In this document: positions 6,797 through 14,811 of the stretch, one piece after another
How the letters are laid out: each line of letters opens with the position of its first letter
Numbering within the stretch: the first letter of the stretch is position 1
Assembly (NCBI GenBank): GCA_964438135.1
Contig: CAYTJW010000001.1
Coordinates: forward strand, 14,791-78,790
Length of the DNA: 64,000 nucleotides
Source of the DNA: an uncultured Thermoanaerobaculia bacterium
Lineage (GTDB): Bacteria > Acidobacteriota > Thermoanaerobaculia > Thermoanaerobaculales > Sulfomarinibacteraceae
Direction of reading: 5' to 3'
Translations under genes and position numbers: made by a program
The notes under the pieces: generated by a model
Seen by the model: the letters and a program-made list of their open reading frames with translations, nothing else
The model's database searches: none
What the model was told of the DNA's origin: nothing

Positions 6797-7182
6797 CTGG
6801 AATAGGAACTGCGGGTTCCGATTCGGCATCCCGCGCCAACGCCCGCAGCCCCTCGCATCCGCGCCTTATGGCCCTGGACTCCAGTGTCCATGGACCTGCG
6901 CGGCTGATTCAGAGATGAATCAACCTTGGAACACAATGAAACATCGACACCCAGAAGCGCATGGCCTTTGATCGCCGCTCCCTCATCATCGACACCGTGT
7001 CACAGGGTCGCCGGGAGCCCTCGCCTTTCGTCCCGCTGAGGCCGGGGCATGTCCCCCAAGCCCAGGCACCAATAGCTAGACCGGTGCACACAGCCCCCCG
7101 GCACCAAACACCCGGGCCACTGCCCACAAAATTTTTTGCGCATTGTTTTTTTTTTGCGGCAGAACGCCCACGAAAAAAGTTG

Positions 7183-7211
7183 TTGACGTGCGGCGGGTGC
7201 CTTGGTAGATG
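7183..7211 (+). promoter_or_regulatory. Candidate rightward (late) sigma70-like promoter, TTGACG-17-TAGATG, with an upstream A/T tract
   Basis: Hexamer match and 17-nt spacer. T10 and A6 tracts at 7130-7180 resemble an UP element. Confidence 0.4.
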
Positions 7212-7253
7212 GGTCTTGTCGCTTGGGGCCGTGTCCCCGGGGGACAGGCGGGC

Positions 7254-7305
7254 CGCGATACGAAGCGGGAGCAATGCTCCTGAAACGTATCGCGGTTTCG
7301 TTTAT
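7254..7305 (+). terminator. Terminator-like hairpin in the late-operon leader
   Basis: CGCGATACG ... CGTATCGCG, a 9-bp perfect stem with inner GGAGCA/TGCTCC pairing, followed by GTTTCGTTTAT. Confidence 0.4.
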
Positions 7306-7383
7306 GGTGCCAGCCGATTTCGTTGTCGATCTCCCCCTTATATAGGCTAAAAAAAAATCGCAAGAAGCAATGACTCAAAAGTA

Positions 7384-7465
7384 AAAGTATTTTGTATTAA
7401 CAGTGGTGGGAATCGTTGTGTCACTAGGACTACCGTATGATACATGGAAAGTATTTTTGTATAAC
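7384..7465. repeat. Two ~18-bp direct repeats (AAAGTATTTTGTATTAAC and AAAGTATTTTTGTATAAC) in an AT-rich island upstream of terL
   Basis: Read directly. 64-bp spacing. Visibly the most AT-rich stretch of the unit. Confidence 0.75.
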
Positions 7466-7539
7466 GTCGCGGTTCAGATGTCTCGGGTTCGCCAGAGACA
7501 AGCAGCGGTGATTTTTAGCGCCATATAAGGGGGAGCCGT

Positions 7540-9135
7540 GTGAACCCCCTTCGGGTCCCTGAGGTTGCGCCCCGGCGTAGTTTGGTGGTAGGGGATTGGT
7601 CCATGGAGCAACACACGATCAAGTGGGGCCCGGCCCCTGGCGAGGAGCCTTACTACGCCCTGATCGAGGGGATGTCGGCCTACGTCAACGATCCTGTCGG
7701 CTATGCCCTGGACGTGTTGGACATGAAGCCGACGGGCCAGCAGAGCGACGCCTTGATGGCGATGGCGAACGATCCGAGGAACAAGGGTGTGGCCTGTTCG
7801 GGCCACGGCGTAGGCAAGACGAGGACGGAGGCTGTAGCGGCTCACTGGTTCATGGACACGCGTTGGAAGGCGAACGTGCTGGTCACGGCCCCGGTGAAGA
7901 CGCAGTTGTCGGACCTGTTCTGGAAGGAGCTTGTGTTCCTTTTGCTGCGCAAGCCCAAGGAGATCAGGGATCTTTTCGACAGGACGCAGGACAGCTACTT
8001 CCACCGGGCGTTTCGCGAGGAGTGGGCGCTCAGGGCACGCACGGCGCGTAAGGACAAGCCCGAGGCGTTGCAGGGCCGGCACAACCCGCACCTGTTGGTT
8101 CTCTGCGACGAGGGTTGCGGCATCGAGGACGTGCTGTACGAGGTCCTTGAGGGCGCGATGACACAGGGCGACAACAAGCTCTGGATCTTCACGAACCCGA
8201 CCAAGCCTGGAGGGTATGTCCACAAGGCGACAAAGGACAAGGACCACTTCATTGCGTTCACCTTCTCAAGTCTCGATTCCCCGCTGTACAACAAGAAACA
8301 GGCCGAGAGCATCGCGGCGCGGTACGGCCGCGAGTCGGACATCTACAAGGTTCGCGTGTTGGGCGAGTTCCCGAGCGGCGATCCGAACCAGATGTTCCCG
8401 CTGGCGCTGATCGAGTCGTGTTTCCTGGTTGAGATCAAGGAGGAGTTCCAGCGCCCCGTCGTGTGGGCCGTTGACGTTGCGCGTGAGGGCGACGACGAGA
8501 CAGTGCTGGCGAAGCGCCACGGGATGAAGGTCTTGCCGTTGACTGGCTGGTTCAACACGACGCTTGACCAGACCAGGAAGCGGATCATGCGCGAGTATGA
8601 CAACTGCAAGCCATCCGAGCGCCCTGAGCGGATCATCATCGACGCGACGCCGATGGGCGCCGGCCTGTGCGACGAGCTTGAGGCCCTCGGCTACCCAGTC
8701 GTGAGGTTCAATCCCGGATGGTCGGCCAGCGATCCGACGCGATGGGCAGACGCGAAGGCTGAATTGTTCGACGACGTGAAGCTGATGATGCAGCGCGGTC
8801 GCATCCAGTTGCCGAAACTCGACGTGCATGGCGAGATTGACAACGACTTGCACGGACAGTTCACAACGATCATGTTCGAGGTCGATCCGCACAACGGAGT
8901 GCTGCGCATCACGCCGAAGAAGTCGACGAAGAACCCGGTGCGGAAGTCGCCAGACAGGCCAGAAGCCGTGCTGTACCTCTTTTGGGACATGGAGTGCCGG
9001 ATGGCGAACTACGACGACGACGAGCAGCGCGATTTCCTCGGAAACCCCATCATGCCGCGTCGAAGCGCCTACGCCTATGACGAGTTCAAGGACGCGGAAA
9101 GGAAGCTCGGGTATGATCCGAGAGTCATCCTCTGA
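7540..9135 (+). CDS. terL: Terminase large subunit (531 aa, GTG start)
   Basis: Walker A-like SGHGVGKT. Asp-containing ATPase and nuclease motifs. The TAAGGGGGAGCC RBS context is identical to that of the gene at 11910. Confidence 0.9.
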   Translation: MNPLRVPEVAPRRSLVVGDWSMEQHTIKWGPAPGEEPYYALIEGMSAYVNDPVGYALDVLDMKPTGQQSDALMAMANDPRNKGVACSGHGVGKTRTEAVAAHWFMDTRWKANVLVTAPVKTQLSDLFWKELVFLLLRKPKEIRDLFDRTQDSYFHRAFREEWALRARTARKDKPEALQGRHNPHLLVLCDEGCGIEDVLYEVLEGAMTQGDNKLWIFTNPTKPGGYVHKATKDKDHFIAFTFSSLDSPLYNKKQAESIAARYGRESDIYKVRVLGEFPSGDPNQMFPLALIESCFLVEIKEEFQRPVVWAVDVAREGDDETVLAKRHGMKVLPLTGWFNTTLDQTRKRIMREYDNCKPSERPERIIIDATPMGAGLCDELEALGYPVVRFNPGWSASDPTRWADAKAELFDDVKLMMQRGRIQLPKLDVHGEIDNDLHGQFTTIMFEVDPHNGVLRITPKKSTKNPVRKSPDRPEAVLYLFWDMECRMANYDDDEQRDFLGNPIMPRRSAYAYDEFKDAERKLGYDPRVIL

Positions 9136-9472
9136 CGACGTGGTTCTGAACGGCGTAGCGATGGACTTCGCCTTCGAGTGCGTGTCTTCGGGCAAGGTCA
9201 TCGCAGAACTTTACTGTAAGGTGGAGTCCGGCGTACTGTGTCTGCACATGCAGCCCATTGAGCACCTCACTGGTGCGATGATACGCGAGATGCAGCAGGA
9301 CTTCATCGCGCTCGTGAAGACATTTATCACTGAGGCTGGCATCAAGCGCGTCATGTTGACGCGGAGCGACGACGGCGGGGCTGTATATGACAGGTTCATT
9401 GCTTACTTCGGGTTTCGCCCTATGGCGCAGATGTTCATCAGCGTTGAAGATGCAGCGAAGCTCACCGAGTAA
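9113..9472 (+). CDS. Small GNAT-fold-like protein (about 119 aa; start uncertain)
   Basis: The C-terminal half (GIKRVML...YDRFIAYFGFRP) resembles the GNAT core. Overlaps the terL 3' end. Confidence 0.5.
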   Translation: MIRESSSDDVVLNGVAMDFAFECVSSGKVIAELYCKVESGVLCLHMQPIEHLTGAMIREMQQDFIALVKTFITEAGIKRVMLTRSDDGGAVYDRFIAYFGFRPMAQMFISVEDAAKLTE

Positions 9473-9476
9473 CGCA

Positions 9477-9968
9477 ATGGTCCGGCTTCCGGTCAGCATT
9501 ATAGACTTCAAGCCGTTCCATACGAAACTGTTTGACCCTGAGCAGGAGGCTTTTTCGTCATTCACGGGGTTCGGTGCAGACCCTGAACAGTTCATCATCG
9601 CAGCCAGCCAGTCTTCGTGCAGGGTTTGCTCGTTCATAGACGCGGAAGGCATGGTTCTCGGCATAGCAGGCGCGTTCCCGCAGTTCTTCGGCATAGGAGG
9701 CGGGAGCGCGAGGCTGTTCCTGGTCCCATCCAGGCATGTGAAGGAGCAGTGCCCGCTGGCCTTCGCCAGGGCTGCGCGGAAGATGGCTGAGTCGCTGGTG
9801 CGGCAGTGGGGCTTGCACCGCCTTGAAGCAGTCGCGCTCGACGGCTTTACAACTGGAGCCCGGTTCCTTGCATTCCTCGGCTTCCGTGCCGTAGGTGTGC
9901 TGGAGAAGTACGACCTGGACGGACGCGACTTTGTCCTGTACGAAAAAATCTACAGCGAGGAGGAGTGA
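9477..9968 (+). CDS. GNAT-family (RimJ/RimL-like) acetyltransferase-fold protein (163 aa)
   Basis: LHRLEAVALDGFTTGARFLAFLGFRAVGVLEKY...DGRDFVLY pattern. The canonical acetyl-CoA loop is not obvious. Confidence 0.6.
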   Translation: MVRLPVSIIDFKPFHTKLFDPEQEAFSSFTGFGADPEQFIIAASQSSCRVCSFIDAEGMVLGIAGAFPQFFGIGGGSARLFLVPSRHVKEQCPLAFARAARKMAESLVRQWGLHRLEAVALDGFTTGARFLAFLGFRAVGVLEKYDLDGRDFVLYEKIYSEEE

Positions 9969-9969
9969 T

Positions 9970-10221
9970 ATGGGCGGCGGCGGTGGTGGTGGCAAGGGTG
10001 GAGGGGTGAGCGCACCGGCCACGGTGCAGTACCCGACGGCGAAGCCGGCGAAAGAGCCGGTTGACCCGGACGCGAAGAAGGCTTCGAGTTCAGAGGTTGA
10101 CGCGACCTCGCAGAAACAGGCGGCTCTCGCTGCGAAAAAGAGCGTCTATGCCACTGCCAACGACGCGCTCGGCTCCCCGGCGGCTTCCGGGTCCGTGTAC
10201 AGCCGCACCCTCGGCGGCTAG
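9970..10221 (+). CDS. Gly/Ala/Lys-rich low-complexity virion protein (83 aa), T7 gp7.3-like by position
   Basis: Lies immediately upstream of the portal. Starts MGGGGGGGKGGG. Confidence 0.5.
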   Translation: MGGGGGGGKGGGVSAPATVQYPTAKPAKEPVDPDAKKASSSEVDATSQKQAALAAKKSVYATANDALGSPAASGSVYSRTLGG

Positions 10222-10229
10222 GAGGCCAG

Positions 10230-11900
10230 ATGGATCGCCAGCAGGTTGCGCGTTACGTCAAGATGTACGAGGCGCTCAGCGCGGATCGCGGGAACTACGA
10301 GTCGCACTGGAAAGAGATCGCCGAGAACATCTACCCGTACAAGGTGGCTATGTTCTCCGGCGACAAGACGCGCCCTGACTTCCGCAAGATCTACGACGGG
10401 ACGCCTATGTGGAGCCTTGGGATGCTCACGGCGTTCCTGCACACCATGCTCACGAACCCTGCGCAGATCTGGTGCGAGGTTGTCCCCGAGGATGACCGGC
10501 TCGAAAAGCGGTGGGACGTGCGCAAGTGGATGCAGGAAGTCAACGCCAGCATGTTCCGCACGATGGTCAAGTCCAACCTGCACTGCCAGCTTCACGAGGG
10601 CTACGCCGACCTGTGCGCGTTCGGGAACATGCCCATGTGGACTGAGCCGAGCCCGACGAGCGTGGTGCGCTACAAGGCGATCCCGCTGAACGAGATCCTG
10701 TGGGACGTGAACGACGAGGACATCCCGGACACGGCCGTCCGCGTCCTCTACCCGACGGCCCGCTGGCTGGCGACCGAGTTCGGTGTTGAGAACCTCTCTC
10801 CCGCCATGAAGAAGTCCTGCGAGAAGGAGGACACGCTCTACCGTGACCGCTACCGCGTGATCCAGGTGGTCCGGCCTCGTGAGGAGTTCCACCCGATTCC
10901 GCGCTGGCACAAGCTGAACCGGCCCTATGAGAGCGTCTGGATCGGCGTCGATGATTACCACTGCCTGTCCATCGGAGGCTACTACGAGAACCCGCTGTGC
11001 GTCGGACGCTTCACGGTGGAAACCGGGGAGCGCATCGGCCACGGCCCGGGCTCCCTCGCCCTGCCTGATGCGCGGCAGCTTCACATGCTCCAGAAGCACA
11101 CGCTTCGCGCTGCTCAGAAGATGACTGACCCGGCGCTGATGATGCCTGACCGTGCGTTTGTCGGCCCGATCGACCTGTCGAGCGGTGCGCTCAACTACTA
11201 CCGCAAGAGCGGAGCCGCCGCGCTCAAGGGCGGCTCGGCCCTGGTCCAGGCGTTCCCGCAGGGTCAGCACATGGCCGACGTGCGGGCCGAGAAGCAGGAC
11301 ATGCGCGAGTCCGTGCAGCGCGACTTCTACGTTGATCAGTTGCGCATCCGCGAGGGCGACCGCATGACGAAGGAGGAGGTCATCCGCCGGGCCGAGGAGA
11401 ACAACCGGATCTTCTCGCCGATCCAGGGCCGCAGCATGGTCGAGGTCAACGAGCCGCTTGGAAGGCGGACGTTCGACATCATGCGCCGTGCCGGCAAGAT
11501 CCCGCCGCCGCCCCAGGCCGTCCTCAAGGGCGGGCTTCGGATCAGGATCTCCAACCCGCTCCAGAAGCAGCAGTCAATCGCCGACATCCAGGGGCTCGTG
11601 TCGGCCATGGACATGGTCACTCCCATGGCGAACGCGAAGCCGGCGATCCTGGACGCCGTTGACGAGTCGAAATTCTTGCAGTTCGTCTTCAAGAGCTTCG
11701 GCGCTCCGCTCGAAGTCCTGCACGACCCGGCCGAGTTCATGGCCGCTCTCAAGCAGAAGCAGGACGCCGAGCAGCAGCAGCAGATGATGCTGGCCGGGAG
11801 CCAGGGAGCGGCCAACATGGCGGGGGCTGTGAAGGACATCGCCGCAGCGCAGGAATCTTCGGGTGGGGGGCTTGCGCGAATGTCCCCGTTCCTGCAATAA
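10230..11900 (+). CDS. Portal (head-to-tail connector) protein, T7 gp8-type (556 aa)
   Basis: GGAGG RBS. N-terminal RGNYESHWKEIAENIYPYK motif typical of the podovirus connector family. Size and position fit. Confidence 0.85.
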   Translation: MDRQQVARYVKMYEALSADRGNYESHWKEIAENIYPYKVAMFSGDKTRPDFRKIYDGTPMWSLGMLTAFLHTMLTNPAQIWCEVVPEDDRLEKRWDVRKWMQEVNASMFRTMVKSNLHCQLHEGYADLCAFGNMPMWTEPSPTSVVRYKAIPLNEILWDVNDEDIPDTAVRVLYPTARWLATEFGVENLSPAMKKSCEKEDTLYRDRYRVIQVVRPREEFHPIPRWHKLNRPYESVWIGVDDYHCLSIGGYYENPLCVGRFTVETGERIGHGPGSLALPDARQLHMLQKHTLRAAQKMTDPALMMPDRAFVGPIDLSSGALNYYRKSGAAALKGGSALVQAFPQGQHMADVRAEKQDMRESVQRDFYVDQLRIREGDRMTKEEVIRRAEENNRIFSPIQGRSMVEVNEPLGRRTFDIMRRAGKIPPPPQAVLKGGLRIRISNPLQKQQSIADIQGLVSAMDMVTPMANAKPAILDAVDESKFLQFVFKSFGAPLEVLHDPAEFMAALKQKQDAEQQQQMMLAGSQGAANMAGAVKDIAAAQESSGGGLARMSPFLQ

Positions 11901-11909
11901 GGGGGAGCC

Positions 11910-12239
11910 ATGATCAAGATCGACGACATCAATCCCCTCGGCTTCCAGGCCAGCGTCGAACAACTGCGTTCTTCGCTGGCTTTCGAGATGTTCTTCGTCT
12001 GGCTGGCGGACCAGTGCTTCATGGACAAGAGCGCGATCGTGCCCGGAGATCCGCTCCAGACTTACGCGAACGAGCACTTGCGCGATATGATCCTGGAAAT
12101 CAAGAATCTCGTTTACGGTGACGAGTTCAAGCCCACACCACAACCCACGGAGGTCAACGACAATGGCAGATCTGACGACGCCGAGCGGAACCCCGCCCGC
12201 TGGTACGCCTTCGGGCGCTTCTTCGGAAAGCGGCGGTAG
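11910..12239 (+). CDS. Hypothetical head-assembly-region protein (109 aa)
   Basis: TAAGGGGGAGCC RBS. The 3' 77 nt overlap the scaffold ORF in another frame that also has high GC3. Confidence 0.55.
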   Translation: MIKIDDINPLGFQASVEQLRSSLAFEMFFVWLADQCFMDKSAIVPGDPLQTYANEHLRDMILEIKNLVYGDEFKPTPQPTEVNDNGRSDDAERNPARWYAFGRFFGKRR

Positions 12240-13194
12240 CGCATTTTCCAAGGCAGCGGCTGTGACGCCGCCCGCCGGCGCTCCGGCAACGCCGCCCGCC
12301 GGCGCTCCGGCAACGCCGCCCGCTGGCGCTCCGGCCGGTGATGTTGCGACGCCTCCGGCCGGCGCTCCCGGTGCCAAGACCCTGTCCGGCGAGGAGTTCG
12401 TCAACATGTTCGGCGAACTCGGCAAGAGCAAGGCGTTCCACGGCATCGACTCTCCCGAGGCCCTCGGCAAGAAGCTGATCAGCCTGGAGGCCATGGTCGA
12501 GGGCAAGGGGATGGTCAAGATCCCCGGGGCCGACGCCACGCCCGAGGAGATCGCCGCCTTCCGCGCTCAGATCGGTGTGCCGGAGAAGCCCGAGGGCTAC
12601 GAGTTCAAGGACCCCGGCTACGCCGCCGAGTCCGGCCTGACCTTCAACCCCGAACTGGCGACCTGGGCGCAGGGCGTGTTCCACGAAGCCGGCGTCACCA
12701 AGGAAGGCGCGCAGAAGATCATGAAGGCGTGGGACGAGATGCAGTCCCGTGGCGTCGCCATGCAGCGCCAGGCGCTCAACGAAACCACCGAACTCGTCAG
12801 CCGCGAACTCCAGGAGAAGTACGGTCAGCGCGCTCCCGAGGTCTTCCGCAACATGTCGCTGGCAGTCCGCGCCATCGCCGGGGACAGCGCCGATGAGATC
12901 GAGAAGTTCCTCGAAGACCCGGCCTACGGCAGCAACCGCGTCGTGATGGGGTTCCTGACCAAGCTCGGCGAGTTCTATGCTTCCGCCGTCGGCGAGGAGA
13001 AGCTCAAGGAGCTGCGCGGCGGCGACAAGAAGGGGAACATGACCGTCGCCGAGGCCGAAGCGAAGATCGCCGCAGTCATGCAGAACAAGAACCACGCCTA
13101 CTGGAACAAGAGCGATCCGGCGCACAAGGCTGCCCTGGAGGAGATCGACAAGTTGTACCTGCTTGTAACTCCGAACCGCATGGGAAACAACTGA
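12163..13194 (+). CDS. Scaffolding protein (343 aa) with an N-terminal (T)PPAGAPA repeat
   Basis: Sits between portal and capsid. GGAGG RBS. Helical, charged body. Confidence 0.65.
   Translation: MADLTTPSGTPPAGTPSGASSESGGSAFSKAAAVTPPAGAPATPPAGAPATPPAGAPAGDVATPPAGAPGAKTLSGEEFVNMFGELGKSKAFHGIDSPEALGKKLISLEAMVEGKGMVKIPGADATPEEIAAFRAQIGVPEKPEGYEFKDPGYAAESGLTFNPELATWAQGVFHEAGVTKEGAQKIMKAWDEMQSRGVAMQRQALNETTELVSRELQEKYGQRAPEVFRNMSLAVRAIAGDSADEIEKFLEDPAYGSNRVVMGFLTKLGEFYASAVGEEKLKELRGGDKKGNMTVAEAEAKIAAVMQNKNHAYWNKSDPAHKAALEEIDKLYLLVTPNRMGNN
12265..12372 (+). repeat. In-frame 24-bp tandem repeat (3 near-perfect units plus 1 degenerate) encoding TPPAGAPA
   Basis: acgccgcccgccggcgctccggca repeated at 12265, 12289 and 12313, with a degenerate copy at 12349. 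Confidence 0.85.
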
Positions 13195-13406
13195 TGGCAA
13201 CGAACATAACAACTGATGCGTCGAACCTGGACAACGTCGTTCTCGTTCGCCTACTGTGCCTCAACATGGTGATGCAGAACGGTGCCGAAGTAGACCGTTG
13301 CGCGCCGTGCGAGAAGGCAGACAAGTTGGCGAAGTTCGTGCTGTTCGGGCGCGACGAAGCGGCAAGGGAAGAACCTGCGCCCTCGATCGTCAAACCCAAA
13401 AAATGA
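13194..13406 (+). CDS. Hypothetical small protein (70 aa)
   Basis: TGATG coupling to the scaffold stop. Reasonable codon bias. Confidence 0.45.
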   Translation: MATNITTDASNLDNVVLVRLLCLNMVMQNGAEVDRCAPCEKADKLAKFVLFGRDEAAREEPAPSIVKPKK

Positions 13407-13423
13407 GAAGGAGGACGTAGGCA

Positions 13424-14296
13424 ATGGCGGAAATCATCACCATCGACAACCACAAGGTGCTCCAGTTCGCGGACAATGTCCGCGCCATGGCGCAGCAGAA
13501 GGTGAGCAAGCTGTACGGGTACCTGGACCACTCGTACACGCTGCGCGGCGAGGCCGGCTCCATCGACACCATCGGCAAGGTCGAGCCGGTGCAGCGCGAG
13601 GGGCGCTACGCCGACACCCGGCTCCAGAACGTGGACTACTACGTCCGCTGGTACGTCGCCCAGGCTTACGATTGGGCGACGCTGATCGACTCCCAGGACA
13701 AGCTCCAGATGCTCTACGACCCGGCCGGCAAGATCGTCCAGGAGGCCAGCAAGGGCTTCGCCCGCCTCATGGACCGCGTCGCCATCGCCGCCGCCTTCGC
13801 CAACGTGACCGTCGGCAAGGAACGCAGCAACACCGTGACCTGGGCCAGTCAGACCGACCAGATCATCGTCCACGGCAGCACGGGCCTCACGGTCGCCAAG
13901 CTCCGCGCTCTGCGCAAGCTCCTGGGTCTGAACGAGGAGGAGGACGGTGCCTGGGTCTTCGTCGGCACTCCGACGCAGCGGGACAACCTGCTCGGGACCA
14001 CCGAGGTCACGTCGAGCGACTACAACTCCGTGAAGGCCCTGGTCCACGGCGAGGTCAACTCCTTCCTGGGCTTCGACTTCGTCTGGACCAACCTCCTGCC
14101 GAAGTCCAGCACGACCCGTTCGTGCCTCGCCTTCAAGAAGGGCTCCGGCATCGCCCTGATCGAGCCGGAGAAGTTCCAGAGCCGCGCCGATCCTCGGCCC
14201 GACAAGAACTACATCACCCAGGTCTGGACCTCCTGCACCGTCGGCGCTGTGCGCACCGCCGAAACGGAAGTGGCCGAGATCCAGTGCACGGAATAA
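13424..14296 (+). CDS. Major capsid protein (290 aa)
   Basis: Very strong GAAGGAGGA RBS. Follows the scaffold gene. Size and composition are typical of an HK97-fold capsid protein. Confidence 0.8.
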   Translation: MAEIITIDNHKVLQFADNVRAMAQQKVSKLYGYLDHSYTLRGEAGSIDTIGKVEPVQREGRYADTRLQNVDYYVRWYVAQAYDWATLIDSQDKLQMLYDPAGKIVQEASKGFARLMDRVAIAAAFANVTVGKERSNTVTWASQTDQIIVHGSTGLTVAKLRALRKLLGLNEEEDGAWVFVGTPTQRDNLLGTTEVTSSDYNSVKALVHGEVNSFLGFDFVWTNLLPKSSTTRSCLAFKKGSGIALIEPEKFQSRADPRPDKNYITQVWTSCTVGAVRTAETEVAEIQCTE

Positions 14297-14313
14297 CAAG
14301 GAGGTAGGGCACA

Positions 14314-14739
14314 ATGGCGAACTTCTACTCCAACGAGATGACCGCGCTGACCACCAAGCCGTCGGTTCCCATGGAGGGGCCGACCCGGGGCGGGAAGAAG
14401 CGCATCCGCGTCAGCAAATACGAGGCCGCTGCCATGGCTTCCGGCAGTCTCCTGTACATGGACAAGCTGCCCAAGGGTGCCCGGCTGCTCTCCGGCAAGC
14501 TCGTCACCGACGCGCTCGGCTCGGGCGTGACCCTGGCCCTGGGCGACGGGACCACGGCCGACCGCTTCCTCGCGGCCACGACCTGCAACACGGCCAACCT
14601 CAACACCCCTCTGACGCCGAAGATCGCCGAGGTCGAGAGCGGGCTGGCCAACGAGACCGACATGATCCTGACCTCCGGCGGTGCCGCCGCCACGGGCACG
14701 ATCATCCTGGTCCTGGAGTACATCGAAGCCCAGGACTAG
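14314..14739 (+). CDS. Capsid decoration or minor head protein-like (141 aa)
   Basis: AAGGAGG RBS. Directly after the capsid gene and before a hairpin. Gly/Ala/Thr-rich, beta-like. Confidence 0.5.
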   Translation: MANFYSNEMTALTTKPSVPMEGPTRGGKKRIRVSKYEAAAMASGSLLYMDKLPKGARLLSGKLVTDALGSGVTLALGDGTTADRFLAATTCNTANLNTPLTPKIAEVESGLANETDMILTSGGAAATGTIILVLEYIEAQD

Positions 14740-14762
14740 CGCATTCGCGTTGATTGAGCTAC

Positions 14763-14797
14763 AGAGGGGGCGAGGGCGTTTTTGCCCCGCCCCCTCT
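14763..14797 (+). terminator. GC-rich 15-bp hairpin after the head genes (no clear U-tract)
   Basis: AGAGGGGGCGAGGGC-GTTTTT-GCCCCGCCCCCTCT with one mismatch. Confidence 0.45.
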
Positions 14798-14811
14798 TAC
14801 TTGGAGGCCAC

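Noticed and set aside
6747-7378. ORFs of 74-129 aa on both strands inside the 6703-7539 control region
   Set aside because: No convincing RBS, Pro/Arg/Gly-rich low-complexity translations, and they run through A/T tracts and promoter-like sequence. The first ~30 codons of 6961-7350 have high GC3, so a small peptide cannot be fully excluded.
7603-9135. Shorter terL starting at ATG 7603 (MEQHTIKWG)
   Set aside because: Possible, but GTG 7540 sits behind TAAGGGGGAGCC, the same 12-nt RBS context used by the gene at 11910. I kept the longer call with the start flagged as uncertain.
12265-12372. Tandem repeats (here, 32158-32187 and 6731-6757) considered as CRISPR-like arrays
   Set aside because: The units are 6-24 bp with no spacers of unique sequence, two of the three lie in-frame inside genes, and there are no cas genes.
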